From Tubiluchus corallicola (Eukaryota > Animalia > Priapulida): a stretch of DNA of 59,030 nucleotides. The position numbers were made by a program, and so were the translations under genes. Numbering within the stretch: position 1 is the stretch's first letter; the number at the start of each line of letters is the position of its first letter. Location: the NCBI GenBank assembly GCA_030141605.1, contig JAQGDQ010001154.1, positions 1-59,030 on the forward strand, read 5' to 3'. The notes beneath the pieces are model-generated. The model ran no database searches and was not told the origin of the DNA. It worked only from the letters and a program-made list of their open reading frames with translations. Positions 28,823 to 42,068 of this stretch are shown here, piece by piece.

Positions 28823-29866
28823 CTGATACTCGAAGGAAAGGTCAATCTTAATATTTAGTTTAAACTTGATTTATTTATAGTGGATTTACAAAACAGGCTG
28901 CGTCTGATTCAGGTATCTCCACTGTACAAGTGCTGAGTGCAAAATGCTAATATAAGAATAATGGTCATCAATCAATCAATCAATCAATCAATTTATTTCA
29001 CTCCAGCAACACATATACAATACATAAACATACATACAATACATCAACATGCAATATTATTGAAACAAAAAGAAACAGTATAGGTAAAAAAAGGTTTGTG
29101 AAGTCAAATTAACCAAATAAAAGAGTTGCTGTATGACACCTTGAAAACTTGGCTTGTTAAGGTGGCACAAATGAGTGAATGAAAGAATGGTTAGGGTTAG
29201 TGGACATGATGGAATGGAAAAACTAGTAAGATTGGGGATAGGAAGAAGGAAGGGAGGGGAGGATGTGTGAATGAAAGAATGGTTAGGGTTAGTGGACATG
29301 ATGGAATGGAAAAAATTAGTAAGATTAGGGATAGGAAGAAGGAAAAGAGGAGAAGAAACGATCGCAACTAATAACAATTGTTACTACTGAACACTGGCAA
29401 TAGTATTATAACTGCTGTTATTAACTCACATAGACTTGTCAAATTTGCTTCTTTGTGAAATGGAACGAATAGTTACATAATTAGCCTCTTAAATTTATTT
29501 AGCTTTTAATTTACTAACCTTGTATATATATATTTAGTCTTGTATTTTTTATTTCATTGTATTTTATTTCATTTTAATTCTGTATTTCTTTTTTACATGG
29601 TCTTAGTTACAAAATAAAAATTTGAATTGAATTGAATTGAAGTGACACCCGATTCGATAAAACAATTGACTCAATTACAATCAGCAGATGGTTATTAAAC
29701 TTACATACTCAGACAGTGTAAACACAATATTTTAATAACAATGTTTTAATAATTATTTATTTTAGTAATAATTAAAATACATTTACAAAGTAAGTTGGTT
29801 TAACCATTTAACAGTAAATTCTATTTTATTATAAAGTGAAAGGTTGATTTTATAAACTGCTGTAAC

Positions 29867-30109
29867 CAGGGCCTATTTCAAGTGTGGTGTGTGAGGCCTC
29901 CTCGGGGGGGGGGAGGGGGGAGGTTGTCGCCCAGAAAATTTTTGAACTGCTAGAACGCCGGAGAAGCATTTTCAAAGAGAAAATATGGAGTTATACAGTA
30001 TGTTCGCATAAAGCAAAAAAAATAATGTTACCTCGGCGGGAGGCCCCCTGGAGGGTGAGGCCCCGGGGAAGTATCCCCACTTCCCCCCCCCCCCTTGAAA
30101 TAGGCCCTG
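29867..30109. mobile_element. hAT-type MITE, same family as 12184
   Basis: Same 14-bp TIRs; TSD GCTGTAAC/GCTGTAAT; shared internal sequence. Confidence 0.92.
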
Positions 30110-30634
30110 GCTGTAATAAACAAAATGGATATTAAAATTGACCAAGTTTTCTAGAAAGTTAGGCTTATTTCAATCTTCGCGAGAAACGTTAGCAGAATTT
30201 AGTAATAAAACTGCAATAAGCGTCTCGTGTAACTAGTAAAATCAATTTAAAGTCGCGATCACTTCATGCTTGGACGTTCACATTTCCAATGTCCATTGTT
30301 CTTCCAATGACGTCATTCGTCTTGAAGAAAAGTAGCGCACTGTCATTCTTCGTCAAAAGTATAATAAGTTTTTATTTTGATAATTAGATAGCTAATTTTG
30401 TAATATTTTTGTGTGGACATTAGGTAAACTGTAGAAGTTTGAATTAGTTTAAGCAGCGCGCCCTTACGGAAAACCACGACGCGCTTACGAAAAGTCACGA
30501 AGTCTCTCAGTTACGTCATAATTTTCAAGTGAATGGCGGCAACCAACACACCTGAAAATTTCTACTCAGAGTTAGAATATTTTAAGCTGATGTTTTGTAG
30601 ACAGTTTTTTGTAAATTTCCTTGTTATATTTTTT

Positions 30635-31127
30635 AAGTTTAAGTGATAACAGTAAAATAAACCCACGATACTGAGTGACTTGCTCTTTCCTTTTGCACAC
30701 CACTAACAGTTTTAGTGATAACAGTAAAATAAACCCAACATACTGACTGATTTGTTCTTTCCTTTAGTACACCACAAACAGTTTAAGTAATAACAGTAAA
30801 ATAAACCCAACATGCTGAGTGACTTGTTCTTTCCTTTAGCACACCACTAACAGTTTAAGTGATAACAGTAAATTAAACCCAACATACTGAGTGACTTGTT
30901 CTTTCGTTTAGCACACCACAAACAGTTTAAGTGATAAGAGTAAAATAAACCCAACATGCTGAGTGACTTGTTGTTTCCTTTAGCACACCACAAACAGTTT
31001 AAGTGATAACAGTAAATTAAACCCAACATACTGAGTGACTTGTTCTTTCGTTTAGCACACCATTAACAGTTTTAGTGATAACAGTAAAATAAACCCAACA
31101 TACTGAGTGACTTGTTCTTTCCTTTAG
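30635..31127. repeat. ~72-bp minisatellite, ~7 copies
   Basis: Unit acagtttaagtgataacagtaaaataaacccaacatactgagtgacttg... Confidence 0.93.
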
Positions 31128-31820
31128 CTGGCGTGCTATAATGTTAAACGTCCGTATAACAGTTCTAATCGCTAAGCAAGTGTCTAAGCAAGTACCTGCC
31201 ACCTGATGTAACCAAGTTGGCTAAACTAATAAATTAAGCAAAACTTCGACTGAAACGTCATTATGTAAATTCGGTGAAAGTGAAGAGCTTATTTTATGTG
31301 TCACACGATAATGTACCCAGTGACCCCTACAGTTACATCTAGGTAATTGAAAGTAATGACCCAGTCAAGTCTCTAGTCACTGGAACAGACAGGTGAATTG
31401 ATAACATAATTAAAAAGAGGAATTGTTACCCTATAATAACAGGCTTTTGTGTAGTTCGTGAAATGACATTTAATAGGTCCAGCCAGTACTGAGCTAATGA
31501 CCGGTGCTTTGAGTTAATTAATAACGCCAGGCCAGTGGACACCACACGAACTTGTGATAATAATAATAAATGACAAACAGGTTGTGTTTAGTATGAGCAG
31601 TGAGCAATATGGCACATCTTATTAATTTTCTGTTTTTACGTAAGCTGACGTCATTTGCATTAGCAGTAAATAAGGTTTATAAAATAGCAAAATTAACTCG
31701 TTTCTTAGAGTAACACGCTAGTCAATTCAACTCTTTTTATGCATCGACTAAAACCTCGTTGTTTCGTTGGGAAAAACTGTGTTAAACGTGAGGAAAATGT
31801 GGAAACCTTTACTGAAATAT

Positions 31821-32437
31821 TTAAAGGAAGAGAAGACAATTTTTCATATGCTACCCCATTTTCAAGTACGATAAAAGTATACATTTTAAGGTAATTAGTA
31901 CTGCAAAAGTGTTTCTGATAATTAAATTATAGATTAAAACTTAATTAACGGCGGACGAGCCCCACTATTGATGACATCACAAACTAACCTAATTTTCAAA
32001 AGCAGAAATATTCCACGAGCGTGTTGCAGGTGTTTGCGAAAGCGAAAATTGAAGTACAGTGCTACTGTAAGATATTCAGTGTGTTGTACTAAAACTGGGC
32101 AAGTTTTAAGACAAAAATTCAAATTTGATGTACTCACGCAAGGGCTGTCGAATGTCTGTAGTTAGTAAAAAACTAACACATCTGAAGTGAGAGGTACAGC
32201 ATTTGTTTTTTGTGCAATGCATTTCCGAAATGGAGGCGCTAGTGCCCGTCTAACTAGCGAATGGTGAAATGCATGTAACAGCGAAGAACTAGTGGCGTGA
32301 ACGTAAAATGTGTTTGTGTGGTAATAATTCTTTCACGTAAGTCATTCTTGAAAAAACAATAGTATGTTTCCTAACAATATTTTAAAGAATAGATTGTTTT
32401 GACCTACAGTTTACGTTTGGGCCCCGTTTTGCTTTAA
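31821..32437 (+). mobile_element. Family A element, full length
   Basis: TTAAAGGAAGAG ... GTTTTGCTTTAA. Confidence 0.85.
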
Positions 32438-33194
32438 CAAATTTATGGCATTACATAGTGGAATCTTATTTGTTAGCAAAATAAAGAACATAGCAAACAG
32501 TATGAAACTTCATTACAGTTCTAACATACGTTATTTTATGTTACTTCCTGCCGTCTTATAAAGATTTCATTGCACAACTGAAAACAAGGTATTTCTTACC
32601 CTTGCTGTTTGACAAATCTTCATTTTACTATAAAACAATTTAAAAGTTTGACAGTTCTGTTAATTGAGCAATACGCTACTTTGATATTACAGGTTTCAGA
32701 TCTAAAGAGTAGATTGTTTTGACCTACGGCTTAAGACCAACCCAGTTTTGCCTGATTTATTGTAATACGAAAATTCTACACGCTACATGTAACCAAACAT
32801 TATGATACTGTAGTTGTAAGTAACGAGCTCATTGAAAGTGGTGAATTTATTACACCTTTTGGGAATGGAAGAACTTTTACTGATTTTAATATTGAAAGCA
32901 AATACTTGGTTAGTCAAACAATTAGCTATTCAGTCAGCCACTCAGTTGCTTAGGCAGTCGGCATGTTAGTCAGTCAGTCGGCCACTCAGGCAGGCAGTAG
33001 CCTGCAGGTGCATGAATGAGTAAACTTGTTGGTGCGTCGGTTTGTCGGTGACTTGGTTGACCAATCAGTCAGCCATTCAACCAACCAGTCGCTGCAGTGA
33101 CTGACCAAATCACTCTATCTTACTATTCTCCTTAAAACCGAAGTCGAATAAAAATGACATTTATATCAATTGTATAAAAAATTAATAAACTCAC

Positions 33195-33269
33195 GTGTTG
33201 CATGTTCACAAGCACCGCGACGTAAGATAATAACAATAAAAAACAACTAAACACAACTTTTCTACACAT
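33195..33269 (-). CDS. Candidate first coding exon encoding a signal peptide
   Basis: MCRKVVFSCFLLLLSYVAVLVNMQH (basic n-region plus hydrophobic core), followed by the consensus donor CAC|GTGAGT (phase 0). A TATATAAG lies about 80 bp upstream. Confidence 0.55.
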
Positions 33270-33345
33270 GACTGCAAACTAATGTTTCTATTTAGTGTGA
33301 ATCAACCTTTACACACTGGCCTAGCTGTCTACGGCGAATATTCAC

Positions 33346-33354
33346 CTTATATAA
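33346..33354 (-). promoter_or_regulatory. Putative TATA box for the 33269 signal-peptide exon
   Basis: Minus strand reads cagTTATATAAGgtgaa about 80 bp upstream of the ATG. Confidence 0.4.
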
Positions 33355-34607
33355 CTGCTGCTGGTGGTTGCTTTAAAACCACGTGACTCAAATGCCCTCC
33401 AGTCACAGACGAATCAATAGCAAGAAGGGAGATTAGTTCTACTACGCAATATGGTTCAAATGCATAGACAATTTTGTGGAACTGCATGGAATCTTCTATC
33501 ACCGGGTCATGAAACAGGATACTGGACGAGAAACAATAGAACTGCGCAAGCCAAGAGGAAAAAGAAGCGAATTCGTGCGCCTACCGTAACCACAGTATTA
33601 TAATAGGAAAGGAAAATTATCTAAAATTGTCTGAAGTTCATTTATTACTTCCCACCCGTATATATATCTGCAATGTGCACCTCCATATAGTCTAAACAAG
33701 TGTTGCCTCCTCCACAAATGCTTAGCGAATGTGTTAAAGCATTTATCATTTCTCTGTACCGACCATCAGTTTACATAGTAATTATGAAAATTAATACTAC
33801 TAACGTCCACTGTAACTCACACTAACCATCAGCAATATATTGTAATTTTTCTCGTAATTAATTCTAGTGGCCTAGCATAAGCTAGCTTCTTAGGTCTCTA
33901 GCGCAGAATTCATGAATTGTATCATAATTTTGTATTAACAAAAACTGATTATCGATGCACATGTAATGCATATGTATATGTTCATTGCGAAATAAATCTA
34001 TTGAATTGAAATTGAAAAATCCGAATGAAACTTGTTATCATCTCATCATATGTCATTTTCTATTCAAAATTATCGCCAGATTGGAAAGATCCATCTTTAA
34101 TGTCTATGCCAAACACATAATATATGTTCAGTATAAATTTTGATACCTAAGTTTTGATAATTTTAATTGTTTTTACCGTAAATTTACTAACAACTTTTAA
34201 CGTTTTGATCTTGCACAAGGCTAGTCACGTGGTATTATCTATCTATCTATATACTATGGTACTACATACTCTAGTACCATATTACATATTAGCTACGAAT
34301 AAAAATAATTGTAATGGTAGATAATTTAGTAATATTTTATGTTGCTTATTTAGTACTTAATTATATTAAAACGTTTGACCAATGACTCCTGCAGTGTTTT
34401 CTGCTGAAACACATTGTAATGAGAACACATGTTAGCTTATAAGTTACATTTCCCCAGAAACGCTGCAATATTTTGTTAAATTATTGACAAAATGCTGTAA
34501 AGATATTGCGCATTGCTGTAAACTATGTACTGTAATGTTAAGTGGATAATTAAATAAATAAATAAATAGATAAATAAATAATAGTGTTTGTCATATAAGT
34601 GTTTATG

Positions 34608-35115
34608 TTTTCGATTTCGATTTCGATTTAATATTTTATTTCAAACTTTACCAAGTTCATATACACATCACAAATTAACACAAATAATACAATAAATCAT
34701 GAAACACAACAATAACACAAATAACAATTAATGATATGACAAACTACGCCAATGACGTCTAATTACAGAAGTAAAGTTTGCATTACTGTTTAAAATGTTC
34801 TTACATATAAAATTTTCACTGTTATTCAGCCTGACGTATAAACTGTATGCACATTTTCTGTGAATCACATCAAAATAAATAATATTAAGTCTAGTAGAAA
34901 TATATCTACCGCTCGTATCATATGAAAAGTTAAATAGCTTCCGTGTTGATACATTATATGCAACCTTGAGTTTGCTAAGATTGTAAGAATAAAAATGTCT
35001 CCAAGTGGACATACAATAAAAAGTAGTGCAGTAAGCATTAAACAATTGTCTCTTTATGTTAACTGAACAATGAGTAAATTTCATGAGTAATTTATTTGCT
35101 CTACCATATGTAAAA
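34608..35115 (-). mobile_element. RTE-X-like LINE 3' end
   Basis: YGRANKLLMKFTHCSVNIKRQLFNAYCTTFYC...KLKVAYN...RL.NSEN (post-RT region typical of RTE-X), then AATAAA and a (AAATCG)n tail. Confidence 0.8.
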
Positions 35116-36045
35116 GTTTGTGTGTATTTTACTGTTCAACCCTGGAGGAACATCATGAACTCTGCAGTCCTGCCAGGTACTTTGTGTCTTTTAAATTTTG
35201 CTGTTTACCGCAATAAACTTTTTAATAACAATACCATTCATCGGTTTCCTTTCTCTTACGTACTATTATTACAATGCTTAACCTATGTAAATAGTCAAAA
35301 TAAGAGCGTTACCTGAATAATTATGAATATACTCAATGTTTCCTAAAATTAGTAAAAGCGCTGCTTAATATCAGCTATCCATAAAACCAACGATTATGAC
35401 ACCAAAAGGGTGTTATTATCTTTTTAAGTAAAGTTACGTGATAATTTAAATCAATGGCAGTTAAATATGGCACTCAAGCTATGCTTTTAGGCTCAAACTG
35501 CATGCATCAAAATTACTCCGTAATGTAATTTGCACATGTATATGCTGCATAAGAATCTCTTTTGTAATTTCTGGATAATATTGCATTTATATTTATATTT
35601 ACTTCAGTGAAATTATCTGTATTTTTATTATAACTGTTAGATGCAGAATGGAAATAAATAATCTTATAACTTATAAAAATGTTGCGTATAGAAAATGCAA
35701 AAACAGCAAACACGTGTAGTATGTCTTAGTAGGTTTAGTAGAAACGCCCTCAGCACGTTTTATTCGTGTTTATGAATGTAAATTTCGTTTTTTTTCGAAT
35801 AGGACGCGAAGTGCGACGCAGTCACGCAAGTTTAACTCATAACTTAAGAAAACTACCGTTACTTGCACTAAAACTTGTCTTTCGTTAAGAGAAACGACGA
35901 AAGAACCTTGAAATATCGAGTTTGTACGTTGTCAGCTTTTCACGGACTGTTGGACAAGCAAAGAATTCATGCATTTTTTAAGTCTTTTCATGTGTAGCGC
36001 TCAGTGACTCTGATGACACGGCGCTCGTACGATCTGTTTCAAAAC

Positions 36046-36080
<35 letters not shown>

Positions 36081-36237
36081 TAATTGTTCAAATAATTATG
36101 ACTTTTTTGAGATGTTCGTATCAACACGCCATTTTAAAGCAGTTTCATTTTGTAGTCTGTAACATGCGTCTGTGAGTGAGCTATCCAAGCAGTCAGTTAG
36201 CAATCTAGCTAACCGCTTTCTGGGTTAGTCCATTGGG

Positions 36238-36536
36238 AGTCAGTCAGTCAGTCAGTCAGTCAGTCAGTCAGTCAGTCAGTCAGTCAGTCAGTCAGTCAGT
36301 CAGTCAGTCAGTCAGTCAGTCAGTCAGCCAATAAATCAGTTAGTCAGTCAGTCAGTGAGCTAGTCAGTCAGTCAGTCAGTCAGTCAGTCAGTCAGTCAGT
36401 CAGTCAGTCAGTCAGTCAGTCAGTCAGTCAGTCAGTCAGTCAGTCAGTCAGTCAGTCAGTCAGTCAGTCAGTCAGTCAGTCAGTCAATCGGTCAGTCAGT
36501 CAGTCAGTCAGTTAGTCAGTCAGTCAGTCAGTCAGT
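36238..36536. repeat. (AGTC)n microsatellite
   Basis: Direct inspection. Confidence 0.95.
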
Positions 36537-37522
36537 AAGTTATTCACTCAGTAAGCCAGTCAGCCGGTCAGTCAGGCATGCGAGCAGCTAAGCAGGCAGT
36601 GAATTTTTACAAAGTTAGCTAGCAAGTTATAGTTAAGACAATGTTTAGTTTAGTCTGAGTTCTTTAGGCAACAAAGTCTGAGTTCAATAAGTTGTCATAA
36701 TTGTTATGACTGCTACACTGTCTTTTATTCTTTTCAACTATAAAAACTTGTGTCCTTTCATCAATGTTATAGTTGTCATTATACTAGTCGAGGTTATTTA
36801 TTGTTCTAATTTATGATAATTAGAATTTTTAGTCTATTAACTAATCCCTTGTAAAACTAATGTTCTCTCTATGTGAAGAAAACCGACATAAATAAACTTG
36901 CTTACTTGCTTACTTACTTACTTGCTTACTTACTTACTCACTTACTTACCAACTTATGAAGAATTCATTTAAACAAACTCATTCTATCCCGTGGGTGGGG
37001 TGGGTGGTTAAGTGAGCAGGTATTAGTGCTAGGAAAGTAAAGTAACGGGATTTCGTAGTCATAATAAAACCGTGAGAAACATCTTCTTCTTCTTCTTGTT
37101 AAATTTAGCAGTTCGTTAACATTCGTTGAACTCACGCCGCTTTGCAACTTTATGATAACACGAATGCAGTAGCTTTCTTCCCAAGGAATATACCAAAAAA
37201 TAATAAAATCCCGTTTAACAGTGGCCATTTTCGTTATTGTGTGTTTAATTCATGGAATATACATGGGTTATTCCAATATATATATATAATTACAAAGCCT
37301 TTTGCTAATCTAATGCTTTCAGTCATTATATTGGACTGAATTCGACTCAGGGGGTCGAACTCCAAGATGGCACGGCGGTCTTGATATTGCGCATCATGAA
37401 GATCCATTTTAATATCGTTGTGTAACTGATTACTTAACTACAAATGTTAGTTTTAATTACAAATGTTATGTTAATTAAGTAAGTTAATGTCTGTAAACTA
37501 GTTCCTTATACCTGCTAAAGCA

Positions 37523-37856
37523 TGTCATTTAACTCTCGTAAAATAAAAAACACAAAAACTACACTGTACGGAGTTTATTACCAGCACTAATAAAAATAGG
37601 GAACAAAATACACGTGCACAAAAAATAACTAACTCAGTAACAGCACTACACCCGAGGAGCACCTGTGTCAGAAATCAAGGCTGTAGTGACCTCTACACGC
37701 TTTTATACTGGCATTACAGGTCAGCTGGCTTCTCACACCACTTGTAGGCCCAAACGAGACGTCTGGACCTACAAGAAAGGGGTGAGTCGCTGCTGACGTG
37801 GAAGCAGGGCGTGTAGAAGGCCCTGCATCTGACCCGACACAGGTGCCTCCGTAACA
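37523..37856 (-). mobile_element. Candidate solo LTR (Gypsy-like)
   Basis: Minus strand TGTTACGG...AAATGACA (TG...CA), with internal TATAAAA then AATAAA in LTR order; GC-richer than flanks. No clear TSD. Confidence 0.55.
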
Positions 37857-38181
37857 ACATTATAAGCAAATTATTTTTATGCCCATATTTTACAGCCTTG
37901 ATTCTTGCTCGTGGGTACGAAAACTTGTAAAAGGAAAACGTGAGATGATTTTAAGAGAAGAAAACGGCATAATTATCCCGGGGAACACTTGGGTGATAAG
38001 AGGAACGGGATATTTAAGCGTAATCTCTAGTCTTACTTCTTAACTTTAAATCAAATTTCTAGTTTTTATTGTAAACGAAAATTTCCCTGTAAGTTATTTT
38101 CGAGAATTATTAATAGTGGGCGGAAAATTACGCTTTTCTATCCACTAGAGTTAAAATGAAATAAATAGACTAAAATAAAAT

Positions 38182-38722
38182 ATGAATGGTTCTAGGTACG
38201 TCGAACAGCTTCAGGAAAAACTAGAATTGCATATGAGAGTTCATCAGTGTTCAGTCTTCATGCAAGACGGGGCTCCTTGATCGACGGTGACCACCAATTT
38301 CCTCAGGGAGAAGAACATGACCGTACTTGAACGGCCTGGAAACAGCCCGGACCTCAATCCGATAGAGAATCTCTGGGAGATACTGAAGGATAAGGTGGCA
38401 GACAGGCAGCCCTCAAGTGCTGAAGACTTGCGAAGAGTTATCAAGGACGTTTGGGTTAAAGAAATTACTTCCAGTACTGCCAAAACCTAATTTCCAGTAT
38501 GCCTCTTAGAATGAAGGCAGTGATTGACAACTTCGGCGGCCATACAAAGTACTAAAATGTTCAAGGACTGTGACTATTTTTGGATAAAAACATACAAACT
38601 ATGCTGTAGTATATTTTTCTAGAAGAATAAATGAATAGTTTTTAGATGGAACCATGTTAAACGATGGTTTTGTAAATTTTCATAAAAAAATCACTTTGGT
38701 CTTAAACTTTTGCAAATGATTG
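38182..38722 (+). mobile_element. Tc1-family transposase pseudogene, 3' part, with a probable right terminus
   Basis: MNGSRYVEQLQEKL...FMQDGAP*...PGNSPDLNPIENLWEILK...SSMPLRMKAVIDNFGGHTKY*. Classic Tc1 DDE motifs with an internal stop and a frameshift. Confidence 0.92.
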
Positions 38723-39179
38723 CATAATATATAATTAAATAAAATATAATAAGTTATTGTATAAAGAAGAATGAAGAGACATTGTGAATTTCGATTATTC
38801 GTGTCCAATTCTGAATTAGGATTAGTGCTTAAGTTTATTCCTACAGACTGACACTTGTGCGAAAAAGCAAAATTACATTACTTTATTTCAAGGAATCCGT
38901 CTAACGAATAACAAGGAATATTTCTAGGAATAAAAACACGGATCTGATCTCGCAGCGTAATAATTGACTTATTTGTCACGAGATCAAAGATTGCCGAATG
39001 TTTATCATCTTACTGACATCAAGAATACCGCTGAAAATAAGTTAGTTTGCATATCCAACGCTAAGTGGCGCCACGCAACAACGCTTGCATCATTTCATTT
39101 GCAAGGCTACATTAGAGAGTTTAGAATTGCATCAGCCAATACGAACAATCTAAAAATAGGACTAGAGTGAAACTTCAGG

Positions 39180-39188
39180 TATATAAAG
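39180..39188 (+). promoter_or_regulatory. Possible TATA box of the E2 gene
   Basis: ggTATATAAAGcagc about 300 bp upstream of the ATG; the background is AT-rich, so this is weak. Confidence 0.3.
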
Positions 39189-39486
39189 CAGCACGTACTA
39201 TGTAAAACTATTTTGTGTACCATCTTTATTAGTAAATAATTTATAATTTATTAAAGTTTAGTAAATTTACTTACACGAAAGATAAGAAAAGTAGATTGAA
39301 ATTGCAACTTTTTCGAGATAAAGAAATATTTCGTGAACTCTAGCTGTGGTGTCTTTTATTTAATATAACTGGCCGGATTTCCGTAATATTTAATTAAGTT
39401 TTAAAACGCTATAGTTTCAAACAGTGTGTTAAAACGAACTACTTTGTACAGTTCGTTCCGCTTTTAATTTGAGAACTACAAGTGTT

Positions 39487-39651
39487 ATGTTTAACAGAAG
39501 TCTGAAAGATATCCATCAACTAATGACGCATGTAGATTGTTTGCTTGCTGATCAGGGACAGGTCACCACGGATGAGGACACGACAACGGAGTTTGTAATA
39601 GAGTTAAAACCCAGTGATGGGCCGTATGTAGGGGGAGGTTTCGAATTTAAG
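39487..39651 (+). CDS. E2 ubiquitin/NEDD8-conjugating enzyme (UBE2M/Ubc12-like), exon 1
   Basis: MFNRSLKDIHQL...EFVIELKPSDGPYVGGGFEFK is the typical UBC N-terminal half (P.dG.Y.gG.F.F). Donor AAG|GTAAAC, phase 0. Confidence 0.85.
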
Positions 39652-39939
39652 GTAAACATATATGCTAAGATTTTTTGAAGACGCTATGGGGTATAGATAT
39701 TAAGTTTAAAGTAAAGATTTTATATCCAAATGCATTTTGCTATTTATTATTCTTTAGGGTAGTCTGAAGTAAAAATTGAATATGCAAATGTGTTCTGTTA
39801 TATATTAGTTTTTACGATACCTGTGTATTAAAATAAAAAATGTGTAAAACAGTGCACTTGTTAGTCAGTCAGCCAGTCAGTCAGTCTGTCTACTTTATTT
39901 GTTTGTTCGTCTGTATGTATGTTTTTTGTCTGTCTGCGT

Positions 39940-40216
39940 GTGTGTATGTATGTATGTATGTATGTATGTATGTATGTATGTATGTATGTATGTATGTATG
40001 TATGTATGTATGTATGTATGTATGTATGTATGTATGTATGTATGTATGTACGTATGTATGTATGTGTGTACGTATGTATGTACGTATGTATGTGTGTATG
40101 TATGTATGTATGTATGTATGTATGTATGTATGTATGTATGTATGTATGTGTGTGTGTATGTATGTATGTATGTATGTATGTATGTATGTATGTATGTATG
40201 TGTGTGTGTGTGTATG
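39940..40216. repeat. (TATG)n microsatellite in E2 intron 1
   Basis: Direct inspection. Confidence 0.95.
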
Positions 40217-40354
40217 TTCGTTTGCTAAATCATATGGGCTTCACTATTCTGCTTTAACACTAATTGTACAGAGTTGTATGAAGGATTTTAATTCCTGTGT
40301 GAAATTCATGACGGTACACGTGGTTTTCAGTAACAGTAAACTTCTCTCTTACAG

Positions 40355-40507
40355 GTGTTCTTACCTGAAGGTTATCCAAAAACTCCACCATGGATTACCT
40401 GCTTGACACCCATTTATCACCCCAATATTGTAGATATTCACAATCCCATGTTTACTGGTGATCATACGGATATACCTAACGATAACATCTGTTTCACTTT
40501 GCTTGAG
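40355..40507 (+). CDS. E2 enzyme exon 2 (HPN motif and catalytic Cys)
   Basis: Acceptor cttctctcttacag; VFLPEGYPKTPPWITCLTPIYHPNIV...NICFTLLE; donor GAG|GTACGA, phase 0. Confidence 0.92.
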
Positions 40508-40859
40508 GTACGATTTCTATTTGTCGTGCGCAGTCTTCGCAGCAACCAACTGCCTAACCAACTAACCAATTCTTCAGCAAACGAGGTACGCAAACACGCG
40601 AATGTTAACCTAACTGCTCGATCAGACCCACCGATCGTTTAAGCAATCGGCCAATTAAACAAGCAGCTAGCCAACGAATCACCCAGCCAGTTAACTAACC
40701 TTGAAACAAAGAACCGTTTCTATGGTCTGTTAGTAAATCTGTTTGTCTGTCTGTCAAGCGCACTTCACATTCACTCACCTCGTCTCATCACAGCTTCACC
40801 TCTCCTGTCCTCATCCTTACACTTCGCATCCTATACTGAACCTCACTTAAGTCGCCCGC

Positions 40860-41914
40860 CAGGACCGGATTAACACATAAGCAGACTAAGCATGTTTTAG
40901 GGCAGCAAGGCTCGGGGGGGGGCACCAAACTGGCAAAAATAATAAATTGAAAACAGGTAAAAACATTAAATAAAGTACGATAAAGTAAAGTAAAGTAAAG
41001 TAAAGTAAAGTAAAGTAAAGTAAAGTAAAGTAAAGTAAAGTAAAGTAAAGTAAAGTAAAGTAAAGTAAAGTAAAGTAAAGTAAAGTAAAGTAAAGTAAAG
41101 TAAAGTAAAGTAAAGTAAAGTAAAGTAAAGTAAAGTAAAGTAAAGTAAAGTAAAGCAAAGCAAAGCAAAGCAAAGCAAAGCAAAGCAAAGCAAAGCAAAG
41201 CAAAGCAAAGCAAAGCAAAGCAAAGCAAAGCAAAGCAAAGCAAAGCAAAGCAAAGCAAAGCAAAGCAAAGCAAAGCAAAGTAAAGTAAAGATCACGAGTG
41301 TTACACAGTTGAAAATGTGAGGTAGAGGTCTGATTTTTTTTGTTGTTATTGGCTTACGGTTTTTTGTGGCGTACTCATTTAGCAAAAGTTTTATTTTGAA
41401 GTAAATAAAAAATTTAAATGGCCCAAATCCTACATAGAGCCATGAAGTTTATTTTACTTTGTTATCTCTCAGGGTAACTTGGGTACAGTGAAGCCAGGTG
41501 TGTTGATTCTAGAGCGTCATTATTCATTTTGCATTACCTGTAGTGTTTGTTTGACATGCTTGACCGCTCTTGTATGAGAGGTTAGATAGCCTTAGAATAG
41601 GGAAAAATCCTGTTTTAGTGGTATAGAGGCTAGTAGTTGTGTGAACAGTATGCCACTGTTGTAAAATCAGTATGTCTCTGTTGATTTCTTGAAAACTGGC
41701 TTAACGTTTTTTTCTACAGATCCTCAAACCTTTTTTCACCCTTTTTACAATGAATGGAAAATAAAATCTGTAAAATAGCCAGTTTTCTACATATATAACA
41801 ATGTCGCGTAATTTCTTATCACGTAATACGTGAGCACCGAAAGGGGTAAAGGAGGCACCAGGGTACCAGCTGCTGGGTGTGCTTAGGGTACCAACATCCC
41901 TTAACCCGGCCTTG
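40860..41914. mobile_element. Probable hAT-type non-autonomous element containing (TAAAG)n(CAAAG)n
   Basis: Termini CAGGACCGGATTAA ... TTAACCCGGCCTTG. No TSD is recognisable. Confidence 0.5.
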
Positions 41915-42068
41915 CCTGAGCGAATCGTAATTTTGAGCAATGATAAAATTAAAAAGCATTGTGCATTATTAATTCATCTCAATTGTCTTTCTTTTCTTCG
42001 AATTCATCTTTCCCCCCTGTTTACAGCTATATGCAAAAATTTAGTCACAAACTGCCATAATCATCTTC

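Noticed and set aside
29176-29345. Telomeric repeat (ggttagggttag)
   Set aside because: Only two partial units, inside a ~92-bp tandem duplication next to a LINE-like tail.
30489-30551. 63-nt minus-strand exon between 33195 and 28822
   Set aside because: Splice sites look plausible, but the required phase-0 frame has three stops.
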